Positions 1 through 10,391 are shown, counted from the first letter of the stretch. The stretch: 64,000 nt of DNA from Candidatus Hydrogenedentota bacterium (GCA_045863295.1 BTWA01000032.1:8144-72143); one strand, 5' to 3'. The notes: a model not told the origin generated them from the sequence alone. Made by a program: numbers and translations.

Positions 1-714
1 GATCCCGAGGAGTTAGCGCAGTTGCCTGAAGGCGCGAACATGGGGTTGTCTTGCGGCAATCCCGTTGCACTGGCGTCTTTGAAGCCGGGCGAAGTGGTCG
101 TGGATTTGGGATCGGGCGGTGGTTTCGACATTTTTCAGGCGGGCAAGAAAGTGGGCGCCACGGGCCGCGCGATCGGCGTGGACATGACGCCTGAGATGCT
201 GGCGAAGGCGCGGCGGAATATTGCGGTGTACGAAGAGCGCACGGGACTTTCCAATGTGGAGTTCCGTCTGGGGGAAATTGAGCATTTGCCGTTGCCCGAC
301 AACAGTGTCGATGTGATCATCTCGAATTGCGTCATCAATCTTTCTCCGGACAAGCCGCAGGTGTGGCGTGAGATGGCGCGCGTGTTGAAGCCGGGCGGGC
401 GCGTGGCTGTGTCGGACCTGGCGCTGCTTCAACCGCTTCCCGAGGCAGTGAAGAGCATGGTAGAAGCGCTCGTTGGTTGCGTGGCCGGCGCGGTGCTCGT
501 TGAGGAGACGGAAGGCATGGCGCGCGCGGCGGGATTTACACAGATCGTGCTGGAGAAGAAGGCCGGGTACGTCGATGCGCTGACCGAGTGGAACGATCCG
601 ATGTACCAAGCGGTGCTCGAGCAACTGCCCGCGGGCGTAAAGGCCGGCGACTTTGTGACGAGTTTGAGCGTGAGCGCCGTGAAGGCGACGCGCACGCCAT
701 GCTGCGGCGGTTGA
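1..714 (+). CDS. arsM: Arsenite S-adenosylmethyltransferase, 5' end outside the window
   Basis: Frame is open from base 1. Motifs [23 protein letters not shown] and GCVAGA, C-terminal CC. Adjacent to acr3. Confidence 0.93.
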   Translation, partial: DPEELAQLPEGANMGLSCGNPVALASLKPGEVVVDLGSGGGFDIFQAGKKVGATGRAIGVDMTPEMLAKARRNIAVYEERTGLSNVEFRLGEIEHLPLPDNSVDVIISNCVINLSPDKPQVWREMARVLKPGGRVAVSDLALLQPLPEAVKSMVEALVGCVAGAVLVEETEGMARAAGFTQIVLEKKAGYVDALTEWNDPMYQAVLEQLPAGVKAGDFVTSLSVSAVKATRTPCCGG

Positions 715-740
715 TCGCATCCGCGTTTTGTATGTTCATT

Positions 741-772
741 CCCCCCGGTGTTCATGACCCCGGGGGCTTTTT
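741..772 (+). terminator. Probable intrinsic terminator after arsM
   Basis: CCCCCGG...CCGGGGG stem followed by CTTTTT. Confidence 0.6.
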
Positions 773-899
773 GTATGACCGATATCCCGGATATTTCACG
801 GTATTGTCCCATTAATTGCGTGGCTGCACTAGCGCTCGGCAATTCTCGAAACTGCAGTTCTCACAGAATGCGGACTATCAACGAAGGCAGGGGGAAGCT

Positions 900-2093
900 A
901 TGGGTACGAAAACCGGAGGCGGGCACGTGCAGGAAGGCGAGAAGGCGATGTCAGTCTTTGAGCGGTATCTTACGGTGTGGGTTGGGTTGTGCATTGCCGG
1001 GGGCATCGTGCTGGGCAAGGTTGCGCCGAACCTGGCGAAAACACTGGATGGAATGTCGGTGACGGTGGATGGCGCTCCCGTGGTCTCCATTCCAATCGCG
1101 GTCTGTCTCTTCTTCATGATGTATCCGATCATGGTGAAAATCGATTTTGCGGAGGTGGTGAAGGCAGGGAAGAGCTTTCGGCCGGTGTTGCTGACGCTGG
1201 TGGTGAACTGGGCCATCAAGCCGTTTACGATGTATGCCATTTCGCTGCTGTTTCTAGGTGTGCTGTTTCGCGGTTTCATCGGGGCGGATGCCGTGGATCT
1301 GGTCAAGATGCCGATGGGCCTGGATTTGGCTGAAGGCGCGACACACGGCGCCGGCACGGTGGTGCTGGTGGACGGCGTGAAGATGTTGCAGGTGCCCTTG
1401 TGGCGCAGCTATCTGGCGGGATGCATTCTGCTGGGCGTCGCGCCGTGCACGGCGATGGTGCTGGTGTGGGGCTATCTGGCCAAAGGGAATGACGGCCACA
1501 CGCTTGTCATGGTGGCGATTAATTCACTGACCATGCTCTTGCTTTACGGCGTGTTGGGCGGATTCCTGCTGGGGGTCGGAAGACTGCCGGTACCTTGGCA
1601 AGCGCTTTTGTTGTCCATCGCGATCTATGTTGCATTGCCCCTTGTCGCGGGTTACCTCTCTCGACGATGGATTATCGCCGCGAAAGGGGAAGCCTGGTTC
1701 AAGGAACGCTTTCTCCATGTCTTAACGCCGATCACCATTGTCGCGTTGCTGACCACTTTGGTGTTGCTCTTTTCATTCAAAGGCGAAGTTATTCTGGGCA
1801 ATCCGTTGACGATACTTTGGATTGCCGTTCCCTTGTTTCTGCAGACCGTGTTGATATTTGCACTGGGGTATGTGGCGGCCCGCGTTCTACGGTTTTCCTA
1901 CGAAGACGCAGCACCTTCGGCGTTGATTGGGGCGTCAAACCATTTTGAAGTGGCTATTGCCACGGCGGTGATGCTATTTGGTTTGTCGAGCGGGGCCGCG
2001 CTGGCGACCGTGGTGGGGGTATTAATTGAAGTTCCGGTGATGTTGATGCTGGTGAAGGTGTGCCAAAGGACAGAGGGTTGGTTTGTGCGATGA
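900..2093 (+). CDS. acr3: ACR3-family arsenite efflux transporter
   Basis: Motifs [38 protein letters not shown] and [18 protein letters not shown] before ATG 900. Confidence 0.95.
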   Translation: MGTKTGGGHVQEGEKAMSVFERYLTVWVGLCIAGGIVLGKVAPNLAKTLDGMSVTVDGAPVVSIPIAVCLFFMMYPIMVKIDFAEVVKAGKSFRPVLLTLVVNWAIKPFTMYAISLLFLGVLFRGFIGADAVDLVKMPMGLDLAEGATHGAGTVVLVDGVKMLQVPLWRSYLAGCILLGVAPCTAMVLVWGYLAKGNDGHTLVMVAINSLTMLLLYGVLGGFLLGVGRLPVPWQALLLSIAIYVALPLVAGYLSRRWIIAAKGEAWFKERFLHVLTPITIVALLTTLVLLFSFKGEVILGNPLTILWIAVPLFLQTVLIFALGYVAARVLRFSYEDAAPSALIGASNHFEVAIATAVMLFGLSSGAALATVVGVLIEVPVMLMLVKVCQRTEGWFVR

Positions 2094-2264
2094 ACAAGGC
2101 CAATGGGACGGAGGGGCAGAAGGGGCAGAATTTTGAGAAGGGTTCTTAGTCACTGGTCGCGTCGTGGGCTGTTATTGGGACCGCGGAGGCGCAATTCGAA
2201 GCATTCTGCGCACGATTTTGCCCTAGTCCGGCGTGATCCGAGGACTGAATGACCCTTTGGCAAA

Positions 2265-2585
2265 ATGGACCTGATGCGGAAAGATGATCTCATGTCGATC
2301 TGGATTCTGACACGGAAGCCCATGACCAATGGGCGGTGGTGGATATCGGTCAGCTTTCCCATGCTGATCCTTGTTGCGGCGATTTCGATTCTAACGGGGT
2401 ATCTGATGCCCTACTTCGGCCCGAATCCTTGGCGCGCGGCTGTCGGGTCGCTCATACTGGGTACCGGGCTTCTCACAGTTGGCATGTGGCGGCTGAGGGG
2501 CCGCGTCTATTTTACCTGGTTTGGGGTTGTCCTTTTCACCTTGGGTCTAATGCTTGTCCTGACCGCTGCCATTCGGGCGTTCTAA
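2265..2585 (+). CDS. Small hypothetical membrane protein (about 3 TM), start uncertain
   Basis: Three hydrophobic segments in the ORF. Confidence 0.55.
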   Translation: MDLMRKDDLMSIWILTRKPMTNGRWWISVSFPMLILVAAISILTGYLMPYFGPNPWRAAVGSLILGTGLLTVGMWRLRGRVYFTWFGVVLFTLGLMLVLTAAIRAF

Positions 2586-2705
2586 ACGGATATCTTTGGC
2601 CGATTTATCGTACTTTTCCAGTGCTTTTGGCCTGCCCGAACACACCCGCACACTCATGGTTATCATCAGATTTGCAACAAGCCGATATTTATTAATAAGA
2701 AACTC

Positions 2706-2745
2706 TTGATTTATATACTAAACATAGGTACTATTACTAAATAGT
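2706..2745 (+). promoter_or_regulatory. Sigma70-type promoter of the DUF1559-hmu operon with an overlapping inverted repeat
   Basis: TTGATT(2706)-N17-TACTAT(2729). ACTATT-N4-AATAGT at 2730-2745 within an AT-rich island. Confidence 0.55.
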
Positions 2746-2878
2746 TCGGTCTGTTATGTGGAGAAAACTTTAGGGAATAGTCGCTACAAAAAACGAGCCT
2801 GCTGACTCTTCCGTCTTCGCGAACCGTCAAATTCTTCGAAGCCGGTTTGCCAGCAGGCCCGCTATGGGAGACACGAAA

Positions 2879-3847
2879 ATGAAGAAGCGCGGGTTCACGC
2901 TGATTGAACTGTTGGTTGTAATCGCGATTATAGGCATTTTGGCGGCCATTCTGCTACCGGCCTTGGCGCGGGCGCGGGAAGCGGCGCGGCGAGCGAGTTG
3001 TCAGAATAATCTGAAACAGTGGGGGTTGGTGTTCAAGATGTACGCCAACGAAGCCCCAAATGCTTCCTTTCCGAATTTCCAGGCGTCTTGGGAACCCATT
3101 GTCAACTGCAGCACGGGAGCCATCGTGCAGCCGGGCGCGCCCTTTGCGGGTGCTCCGACCCACTGGCTGAATCCGTACATGCGCGCGGTGTATCCGGATT
3201 ATTTGACCGATCCGGCGATTGTGCTGTGTCCTTCCAATGCATCCCTCGACGAAGAGGACCTTCAAAACCCCACGACGGGCGAATGGGAAGCGCACAAGGT
3301 GTGCTTTGCGCCGATCCCGGGACCTCCGTTTGGTCAGTTCGATTCCGACCGGGGATTGGCGTTGTTGGCGGACAACTACTGGTATACGGGCTACCTGTAC
3401 GACCGGGTGGGCGAAACGGATCCGCAAGCGCCGATATCTATCTTGGAAAGTGCCTCGACGGAGACCGGATCGGCCCAGTTGATCTGGGGCATGACCATGG
3501 CCATCGGCAACTTCTTCGGGGGCAGCGTGGGCAACGACATCAACCTGAGCAGCGTAGCGCCGGGGATGGGAAATTCCGGCAGCAACACGATCTACCGGTT
3601 GCGTGAAGGGATCGAACGGTTCCTGCTCACGAATATCAACAGTCCCGCGAGCGGCACGGCCTCGCAGAGTGCCGTTTTTGTCATGGGCGATCGGCTAAGT
3701 ACTTATCCCAAGGAGTTCAACCACATTCCCGGCGGCGCCAACGTGTTGTTCATGGACGGTCATGTGTCCTTTATCCGTCTCCATGACAAGGCGCCCGTGG
3801 TTCCGGGCGTGGCCAAAGTGTTTGGCGAACTTTCAATACACGGATGA
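2879..3847 (+). CDS. DUF1559 / prepilin-type N-terminal cleavage-methylation protein with C-terminal H-X9-DG-like motif
   Basis: [20 protein letters not shown]...CQNNLKQ, C-terminal [24 protein letters not shown] before ATG 2879. Confidence 0.93.
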   Translation: MKKRGFTLIELLVVIAIIGILAAILLPALARAREAARRASCQNNLKQWGLVFKMYANEAPNASFPNFQASWEPIVNCSTGAIVQPGAPFAGAPTHWLNPYMRAVYPDYLTDPAIVLCPSNASLDEEDLQNPTTGEWEAHKVCFAPIPGPPFGQFDSDRGLALLADNYWYTGYLYDRVGETDPQAPISILESASTETGSAQLIWGMTMAIGNFFGGSVGNDINLSSVAPGMGNSGSNTIYRLREGIERFLLTNINSPASGTASQSAVFVMGDRLSTYPKEFNHIPGGANVLFMDGHVSFIRLHDKAPVVPGVAKVFGELSIHG

Positions 3848-4761
3848 CCAGAATGAAGACAGTTTTATCGACGTTCAGAAACGTCCAATGGATTGCGATC
3901 GTTGTCCTGTTGGCGTCCGCAATACCGGTCGCCCGTGGTGCGGAGCCTCCCCGCATCGTGAGCACGGATGGAACCACTACGGAAACCCTGTTTGCGTTGG
4001 GCGCGGGCGAATACGTGGTTGCGCGTGATTCGGGTTCGTTGTATCCGGCCGAGGCCGCGAAACTGCCGGATATTGGTACGGGCCATCAGTTGAACGCGGA
4101 AGCGATCATCGCGCAGAAGCCCACGTTGATCATCGGGAAAGACCGCGACATGAGCAAGCCGGGGTTTCAGATTCTGGAATCCACGGGTGCGGAAGTCGTG
4201 CGTCTTTCCGCGGACGCGAGCGTGGATGCGGCCAAGGAAAACATTCGTGCCGTGGCCAAGCTGGTGGGGAAAGAGGCCGAAGGCGAGACGCTCGTCAAGA
4301 CGATAGACGACGATTTGGCCGCGCTGGCAAAGCACATGGAAGGCTTGGGCGACGTGCCGAAACCCCGGGTGTTGATGTTGTACCTTCGTCCGGGTACGGC
4401 GTTGCTTCTGGGCAATGACAGCAATGCGGCCGCGATGGCGAAATTGGCGGGCGCCAATTACGCGCTTTCGGTGAAGGGGTATCGCAACCTAAACCCCGAA
4501 GCGCTCGTTGCCGCGCAGCCTGACGTCTATCTTTGCTTTACTTCCGGCCTTGATGCGGTGGGAGGGGTCGATGCGTTCCTGGAGCAACCGGGTATCGCGG
4601 AGACTCCGGGCGGCAAGTCCAAGCGGGTTATTGCCATGGACGATTTGTTGTTGGGTGGATTCGGTCCGCGCTTGGGCAAAGCGGCATTGGAGTTGTTCGA
4701 TGCGTTGCACCATAAGCAGGGTGTATATGTGGCGAAACATGACCACACCCCGGGAACGTGA
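3844..4761 (+). CDS. hmuT: Heme ABC transporter periplasmic binding protein
   Basis: Signal peptide, RIVS...[30 protein letters not shown]. Lies in an operon with hmuUV and hemS. Confidence 0.85.
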   Translation: MTRMKTVLSTFRNVQWIAIVVLLASAIPVARGAEPPRIVSTDGTTTETLFALGAGEYVVARDSGSLYPAEAAKLPDIGTGHQLNAEAIIAQKPTLIIGKDRDMSKPGFQILESTGAEVVRLSADASVDAAKENIRAVAKLVGKEAEGETLVKTIDDDLAALAKHMEGLGDVPKPRVLMLYLRPGTALLLGNDSNAAAMAKLAGANYALSVKGYRNLNPEALVAAQPDVYLCFTSGLDAVGGVDAFLEQPGIAETPGGKSKRVIAMDDLLLGGFGPRLGKAALELFDALHHKQGVYVAKHDHTPGT

Positions 4762-4764
4762 CCG

Positions 4765-5775
4765 GTGAGTCACTCTCGCTATCGCACTGCGCTCATTGCG
4801 TTGGGTGTGGCTTTGCCGGTGGTGTTACTTATATCCGCCGGTTTGGGCGCTTACTTTGTCGCGCCGTGGGATATTCCTCGGGTGCTTGCCGGGTCTCACG
4901 ACGAGGCGGCCTTTCGCGTGCTTGCGTACATTCGATTTCCGCGTGTGGTGTTGAGCGCGCTCGTAGGCGCGGCGCTTGCGGTGGCCGGTGCGGGAATGCA
5001 AGGCCTGTTCCGCAATCCCCTCGCCGACCCGCAGTTGGTCGGCGTGACCGGCGGTGCGGCAGCGGGCGCTTCCATCAGTATCGTGTTTTTTGGCGCGGCG
5101 GGTCTTGGGTTGTGGACCGTGCCCGTGGCCGCTTTCCTGGGAAGCTGTCTGGCGGTGACGGTCGTGTTGAAGATTGCGCAACTTTCCGGGACCGGCCGGA
5201 CCGCGACGTTGTTGTTGACGGGTATCGCGGTTAATGCAATTGCTTTTGCCTGCATCGGTCTGATGATCACGTATGCCAACGATCAACAGTTGCGCGACAT
5301 CACGTTCTGGCAGTTGGGCGGTTTCAGTCATTCCACGTGGCCGCTTGTCCTTGCGTCGGCCGTGTTCATGGCGGTGGGCATCGTGGTCCTGTTGCGGCTG
5401 GGGTCATCGTTAAACGCGTTGGCGTTGGGCGATCGCGAGGCGTTTCATCTGGGCATTTCGCTGCCGAGTGTGCAACGGAGATTGGTGGTTGCGTCCGCGC
5501 TGGTAGTGGGCGCCGCGGTGAGTGCCGCGGGCAGCATCGGCTTTGTCGGGCTGATCACGCCCCACATGTTGCGTCTCACAATGGGCGCGGATCACCGGTG
5601 GCTGCTGCCGGCCTCGGCGCTGGGCGGCGCAATTCTGCTGACGTTGGCGGATTTGGCGGCCCGTACGATTGCCATGCCGACGGAGATTCCCGTGGGAATC
5701 ATCACGGCGATCGCGGGCGGACCGTTCTTTATCTGGTTGATTCTGCGTAACGGGAGGAGGCATAGCCATGCTTGA
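4765..5775 (+). CDS. hmuU: Heme/iron ABC transporter permease (FecCD family)
   Basis: IRFPR, QGLFRNPLADP, GSIGFVGLITPH, EIPVGIITA. Confidence 0.92.
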   Translation: MSHSRYRTALIALGVALPVVLLISAGLGAYFVAPWDIPRVLAGSHDEAAFRVLAYIRFPRVVLSALVGAALAVAGAGMQGLFRNPLADPQLVGVTGGAAAGASISIVFFGAAGLGLWTVPVAAFLGSCLAVTVVLKIAQLSGTGRTATLLLTGIAVNAIAFACIGLMITYANDQQLRDITFWQLGGFSHSTWPLVLASAVFMAVGIVVLLRLGSSLNALALGDREAFHLGISLPSVQRRLVVASALVVGAAVSAAGSIGFVGLITPHMLRLTMGADHRWLLPASALGGAILLTLADLAARTIAMPTEIPVGIITAIAGGPFFIWLILRNGRRHSHA

Positions 5776-6613
5776 GGCCGTCCAAACAGGGTATCGGGCG
5801 CACAACGGGCAATGGCTGCTGCGCCGTGTATCGCTTTCCGTCCAGCCTGGCAGGTTTTACGCGATTGCCGGAGCCAACGGCGCGGGTAAGACCACCCTGC
5901 TTCGGCTGTTGTGCGGCGAGATGCCTCCAAGCGAAGGCTGCGTCACTTGGCAGGGCCGTTCGGTCGCAACGATCTCCGCACGTCAGATGGCGCGCACGCG
6001 GGCATGCCTGGGGCAGAACCACGAAGGACAGTTTCCTTTTACCGCGTATGAAGTGGCCCTGATGGGCCGTACGCCGCATTTGCAGGGGGCGTACGAATCG
6101 GCCGAGGACCATGCCATCGTGCGGGCTGTGATGGACGAAACCGATGTGTCCGCGCTGGCGAACCGGCACTATCCCACGTTGTCGGGCGGCGAGGCAACGC
6201 GCACGCACGTGGCTCGCATTCTGGCACAGGACACGGCGGTCGTCCTCTTGGACGAGCCGACCAATCACCTCGATTTACGTCGGCAGGTGGAGACCCTTTC
6301 CATGTTCAGGCGCAAGACCGCCCAGTCAGGGATGGCGGTGGTGGCCGTGCTGCATGATTTGAATCTGGCATCCCTGTATGCGGATGAATTGCTGGTGTTG
6401 CAGAAGGGCGTGACGGTGACGCAGGGCGCGCCGCGCGATGTGCTGACGCCGGAATTGGTCCGCGATGCGTTTGGCCTGCAATGCGTTGTCTGGCAGCATC
6501 CGTCGGGATGCCCTTGGGTGGTGCCAGTGCATGACGTGTCTTTACTGTCTGAAACCGTAGACCTTGCGATGCGCGATACTGCGCACGCTGTTTTGGAGGA
6601 GAGCCTGCGATGA
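5768..6613 (+). CDS. hmuV: Heme ABC transporter ATP-binding protein
   Basis: GANGAGKT, YPTLSGGE, LLDEPTNHLD, VLHDLNLASLYAD. Confidence 0.92.
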   Translation: MLEAVQTGYRAHNGQWLLRRVSLSVQPGRFYAIAGANGAGKTTLLRLLCGEMPPSEGCVTWQGRSVATISARQMARTRACLGQNHEGQFPFTAYEVALMGRTPHLQGAYESAEDHAIVRAVMDETDVSALANRHYPTLSGGEATRTHVARILAQDTAVVLLDEPTNHLDLRRQVETLSMFRRKTAQSGMAVVAVLHDLNLASLYADELLVLQKGVTVTQGAPRDVLTPELVRDAFGLQCVVWQHPSGCPWVVPVHDVSLLSETVDLAMRDTAHAVLEESLR

Positions 6614-7671
6614 CCCCAGAATCGGCTACCTTGGATCGCGTGGAAGAACTGAAAGCGCGCTGGACCGCGTATCGAGACTCGCAGAAGCGCGCAAATATGT
6701 ACGACGCCGCGGAACAGTTCGGTGTAAGCGAGGCGGAACTCCTGGCAACTGGCACGGGCGACACCGTAACGCGATTGCGTCCGGAGTGGGGGGAGATTCT
6801 CGGCGGCCTGGAGGCCTGCGGCCACGTGATGACACTGACGCGCAACCGTTATGCCGTGCACGAGAAGCACGGGGTATATGCGCCCTACACGCACGGCGCG
6901 CATGCTTCGCTTGTTGTGAGCGAGGCCATCGACCTTCGCATATTCACGACGAAGTGGTTGTACGGATTCGCCGTGAACAACCCGTTGGGAAAGGCGTACA
7001 AGCTCAGTTTTCAGTTTTTTGACGCGCAAGGCGATTCCGTGCACAAGGTGTTTGTGCCTGATAGCGCTGCCGAAGCGTTTGAGGCCTTGCGAAATCAGTT
7101 CCTGCACGACGATCAATCGCCGGCGCTTTCGGGAGTGCAGCGGCCGGCAGCGTTTCAGGTGCCGCAAGAGAATGCGGATGCGGCTGCACTGCGCGAGGCT
7201 TGGGGCGCGATGAAAGACACGCACGACTTCTTCGGAATGCTCAAGAAGGTGAAATACGATCGCCTGCCGGCGCTGAAGCATGTGGGCGCTGTATTTGCCG
7301 AACGTCTGAGCACGACGGCTTACCGCGACGCCATGGAGTCCGCGTCGGCGTCAGGCATGCCGATCATGATCTTCGTGGGCAACACCGGGTGCATTCAGAT
7401 TCACACGGGTCCGGTGAAACGGCTTGTGGCCATGGACGAATGGTACAACGTGCTGGACGAGGATTTTAACCTGCACCTGCGCACCGGCGGCGTGGCGGAG
7501 ACGTGGCTTGTGCGCAAGCCGACCACCGACGGCATGGTGACCTCCGTCGAACTGTACGACGCGGACGGCAAAGAGATCGGACTGATTTTCGGCAAGCGTA
7601 AGCCGGGGATTCCCGAACTGAGTGAATGGCGGCAACTGGCGGAATCGCTGCCGCGTTGGGCAGGCAACTAG
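6610..7671 (+). CDS. hemS: HemS/ChuS/PhuS-family heme trafficking/degrading protein
   Basis: GVSEAELL, TRN..AVHEK.G.Y, IDLRIF, DTHDFF, IMIFVGN.GCIQIHTG, FNLHLR, FG.RKPG.PE. Confidence 0.93.
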   Translation: MTPESATLDRVEELKARWTAYRDSQKRANMYDAAEQFGVSEAELLATGTGDTVTRLRPEWGEILGGLEACGHVMTLTRNRYAVHEKHGVYAPYTHGAHASLVVSEAIDLRIFTTKWLYGFAVNNPLGKAYKLSFQFFDAQGDSVHKVFVPDSAAEAFEALRNQFLHDDQSPALSGVQRPAAFQVPQENADAAALREAWGAMKDTHDFFGMLKKVKYDRLPALKHVGAVFAERLSTTAYRDAMESASASGMPIMIFVGNTGCIQIHTGPVKRLVAMDEWYNVLDEDFNLHLRTGGVAETWLVRKPTTDGMVTSVELYDADGKEIGLIFGKRKPGIPELSEWRQLAESLPRWAGN

Positions 7672-7694
7672 GGCTATTTAATCAAACCCAGCAC

Positions 7695-7740
7695 AACGGC
7701 GTCTCTGGTTTGCTCCGGCGGATTGGGGGCGCCGTTTCTT
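7695..7740 (+). terminator. Long hairpin terminator between convergent genes
   Basis: 19-bp stem AACGGCGTCTCTGGTTTGC / GCGGATTGGGGGCGCCGTT with many G-U pairs (viable on the + strand), TCCG loop, then TCTT. Confidence 0.7.
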
Positions 7741-7748
7741 GATCTACT

Positions 7749-8966
7749 TCACACGGCCGCGCGAATCGCAATCCACGCAGCGGCGATGGCCAACGTCGCG
7801 ATGGTGACGGGCACGCCAATGCGGGCGTGATCCCGCCATGTGATGGGAATGCCCTGCCGCGCCGCTTGCTCGACTACGATGATGTTTGCAATGCTGCCGA
7901 CGATGAAGAGATTTCCTGCGAGCGTACTCGCCAGCGTGAGGATGATACCCGCCATTTCGTGCGTGGCCGCGGGGAGCAGCAGCATGGTGGCCGGCACGTT
8001 TGACACGAGGTTCGACAAGACCACGGTAATGCCAAACAGCCACGCGGGATGCTCGATGTCCATGCCCATACCTGCCAGTCTTGCCATCCCGACCGCCAGC
8101 AAGCCCGTTTCCTGCAAGGCCGCGTTCACCACGAAGAGTCCCGCGAACAACACGAGCAAGTGCCAATCGATTTCGCCAATCATCTGTCGCGAATGCATCT
8201 TCCGGCTCAACAACAGAATCCCTGCGCCGCCGAGCGCGAGCACTTCGCGCGGTGCGGGGACGAACAGGAATCCGGCCACCAGTAGCAGCAGGACTACGAT
8301 TCCCTTGCCCGTTTGCCAGCCATTGAACGGGGGTGGTTCGACATGGGAGGGCGCCGAATCGCCCCGCCATCGCCCACGGGAGAGCACTGCGATAATTGCC
8401 CACGAGATCGCTAAACCCGCAGCCGTGGGCAGGGCCGCCTCGAGCATGTAGCCGCCAAAAGGAAGGTTGAGGCTTTGGCCGATGAGCATGTTTTGCGGGT
8501 TGCCGATCAGTGTGGCGGCGGAGCCGATGTTGGTGGCGCAGGCGAGAGCGATGAGAAAGGGTTTGGGATCCAGCTTTCTCCGGGCGCAGCCCTCGGCCAG
8601 CAGCGGCGCCATGGCCAGACAAATAATGTCGTTGGTTAGAAAAGCCGAGAGCGTCGCGGACACCGCCATTACGAGCGCGAGTAATGTGGGTGGCGTGACC
8701 TCGGCAGCGGCCACCTTGCGCGTGATAGCGGCATAAAAACCACCCAACCGGAATTGCGCCGACACAATCATCAATCCGAAGAGCAGGCCCATGGTAGGCA
8801 CGTCCATCACAGCAAGGGCATGCTCCGGGGCGACGACTCCGGCCGCCATGAGGACGATGGCGCCCAACAGCGCGACTCCGGTGCGATCCAGGGCCAAACC
8901 GGGGTATTTCCCGGCGATCATGCCGAGATAGACCAGGGCAAAGACGATCAGGGTCACGGTGTGCAT
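7749..8966 (-). CDS. Ion transporter superfamily (ArsB/NhaD, YbiR-like) anion permease
   Basis: LDRTGVALLG, AFLTND, TNIGSAATLIGNPQN, SNLVSNVPA, STLAGN. Confidence 0.88.
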   Translation of the reverse strand: MHTVTLIVFALVYLGMIAGKYPGLALDRTGVALLGAIVLMAAGVVAPEHALAVMDVPTMGLLFGLMIVSAQFRLGGFYAAITRKVAAAEVTPPTLLALVMAVSATLSAFLTNDIICLAMAPLLAEGCARRKLDPKPFLIALACATNIGSAATLIGNPQNMLIGQSLNLPFGGYMLEAALPTAAGLAISWAIIAVLSRGRWRGDSAPSHVEPPPFNGWQTGKGIVVLLLLVAGFLFVPAPREVLALGGAGILLLSRKMHSRQMIGEIDWHLLVLFAGLFVVNAALQETGLLAVGMARLAGMGMDIEHPAWLFGITVVLSNLVSNVPATMLLLPAATHEMAGIILTLASTLAGNLFIVGSIANIIVVEQAARQGIPITWRDHARIGVPVTIATLAIAAAWIAIRAAV

Positions 8967-9032
8967 GTGGGCGCGGATTCTACGGTTATGGACTGACGGG
9001 TGCAAGAATAACCGGCCATTGCGCCTTGGGGG

Positions 9033-9071
9033 TTGACACGGACGACAAATTGTATTAAAGTCTTAATACAA
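9033..9071 (+). promoter_or_regulatory. Sigma70 promoter with a palindromic GntR/YtrA operator over the -10
   Basis: TTGACA(9033)-N17-TAAAGT(9056). Perfect inverted repeat TTGTATTAA-AGTC-TTAATACAA at 9050-9071. Confidence 0.85.
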
Positions 9072-9089
9072 TCTTTGGACGGCAACACC

Positions 9090-9488
9090 ATGAACATTCA
9101 TATCAGCCCGCAAAGCGGGGTACCCATCTATCTTCAAATCGTCAATCAGGTCAAATACCTGGTGGCGTCCAACCGGTTGTCTCCCGGCGATGAGTTGCCG
9201 CCGATTCGAACGCTTGCGGAGGGTCTCCTAGTCAACCCGAACACGGTCGCGCGTGCGTACCGCGAACTCGAAGTGGCGGGCATCCTCAATAAGCGCCAGG
9301 GTGCAGGCACGTATGTCTCTGGCAACGGGTCTCCCCTGGCGCGCCGGGAACGCATTCGGATTCTTTCCGACCGCATTGACGCGCTGCTGGCGGAGGCGCG
9401 CCAGATGGATGTGCCGGTTACGGAAATCAAGACGTTGATCGATCAGCGCCACGACGCTCTGAACACAGGGAAAGAGGGGACACCATGA
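9090..9488 (+). CDS. GntR-family (YtrA subfamily) transcriptional regulator
   Basis: PIYLQI, LPPIRTLA..L.VNPNTVARAYRELE..G, short C-terminal domain, followed by an ABC ATPase. Confidence 0.93.
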   Translation: MNIHISPQSGVPIYLQIVNQVKYLVASNRLSPGDELPPIRTLAEGLLVNPNTVARAYRELEVAGILNKRQGAGTYVSGNGSPLARRERIRILSDRIDALLAEARQMDVPVTEIKTLIDQRHDALNTGKEGTP

Positions 9489-10387
9489 GCGAGACTCCAG
9501 TTATTGTCGCGGAAAAACTTACCCGGCTGTACGGCAAGAAGCTGGCGTTGGATGCGGTGGACATTGTCGTGCCGGAGGGGTGCGTGTTTGGCTTGGTGGG
9601 AGAGAATGGCGCGGGAAAGACGACGTTTATCAAGCATTGTCTTGGTTTGCTGAAGCCGCACGGCGGGTCAATCCGCGTGTTTGGCCTGGATCCCGTTCAG
9701 ACGCCGGAGAAGGTGCTGGCGGGGATTGGGTATTTGTCCGAAGATCACGATTTGCCGAATTGGATGCGCGTGGGCGAGTTGATGCGGTACATGCAGGCGT
9801 TCTACCCGAAATGGGACGAGAAATACGCGGAGGAATTGCGCGACTGGTTCGATCTCGATCCGCGCGCCAAAGTACGCACGTTGAGCCGGGGGCAGCGGGC
9901 GAAAGCGGGGTTGCTGGTGGCGTTGGCGCACCGGCCGCCGCTGTTGTTGTTGGACGAGCCTTCGTCGGGACTGGATGCCGTGGTGCGGCGCGACATTCTG
10001 GGCGCGATCGTGCGGACGGTGGCGGAAGAGGGACGCACGGTGGTGTTCTCCTCGCATTTGCTCGATGAAGTGGAGCGCGTGGCCGATCGCGTGGTGATGA
10101 TTTCGGGCGGCAAGGCCGTCTTGTCGGACAAGCTGGATGATCTGAAGGAGCGGCACCGTGCCATCACCTTGCGTTTTCCGGAGGCGGTGAAAGCGCCGCC
10201 GTCGTGGACCGGCGCGCTGGGTTGGAGCGGTCACGGCCGCGACTGGACGGTGGTGTGCGATGGAGCGCTGGATTCCGTGAAGGCACAGGCGGTATCCGCG
10301 GGTGCGGAGGTTGTTAGCGAGTCGGTGCCATCGTTGGAAGACATATTTGTTGCGCGCGCGGGCCGTAAAGCGCGTACGGAGGAGTGA
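9485..10387 (+). CDS. ABC-2 type ATP-binding protein (YtrB-like)
   Basis: GENGAGKTT, LSRGQ, LLLDEPSSGLD, SSHLLDEVER, SLEDIF. Confidence 0.93.
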   Translation: MSETPVIVAEKLTRLYGKKLALDAVDIVVPEGCVFGLVGENGAGKTTFIKHCLGLLKPHGGSIRVFGLDPVQTPEKVLAGIGYLSEDHDLPNWMRVGELMRYMQAFYPKWDEKYAEELRDWFDLDPRAKVRTLSRGQRAKAGLLVALAHRPPLLLLDEPSSGLDAVVRRDILGAIVRTVAEEGRTVVFSSHLLDEVERVADRVVMISGGKAVLSDKLDDLKERHRAITLRFPEAVKAPPSWTGALGWSGHGRDWTVVCDGALDSVKAQAVSAGAEVVSESVPSLEDIFVARAGRKARTEE

Positions 10388-10391
10388 GGCG

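Noticed and set aside
2111..2131. Short tandem AGGGGCAGA repeat after acr3
   Set aside because: Only two copies with no spacers or structure, so not a CRISPR or a meaningful array.
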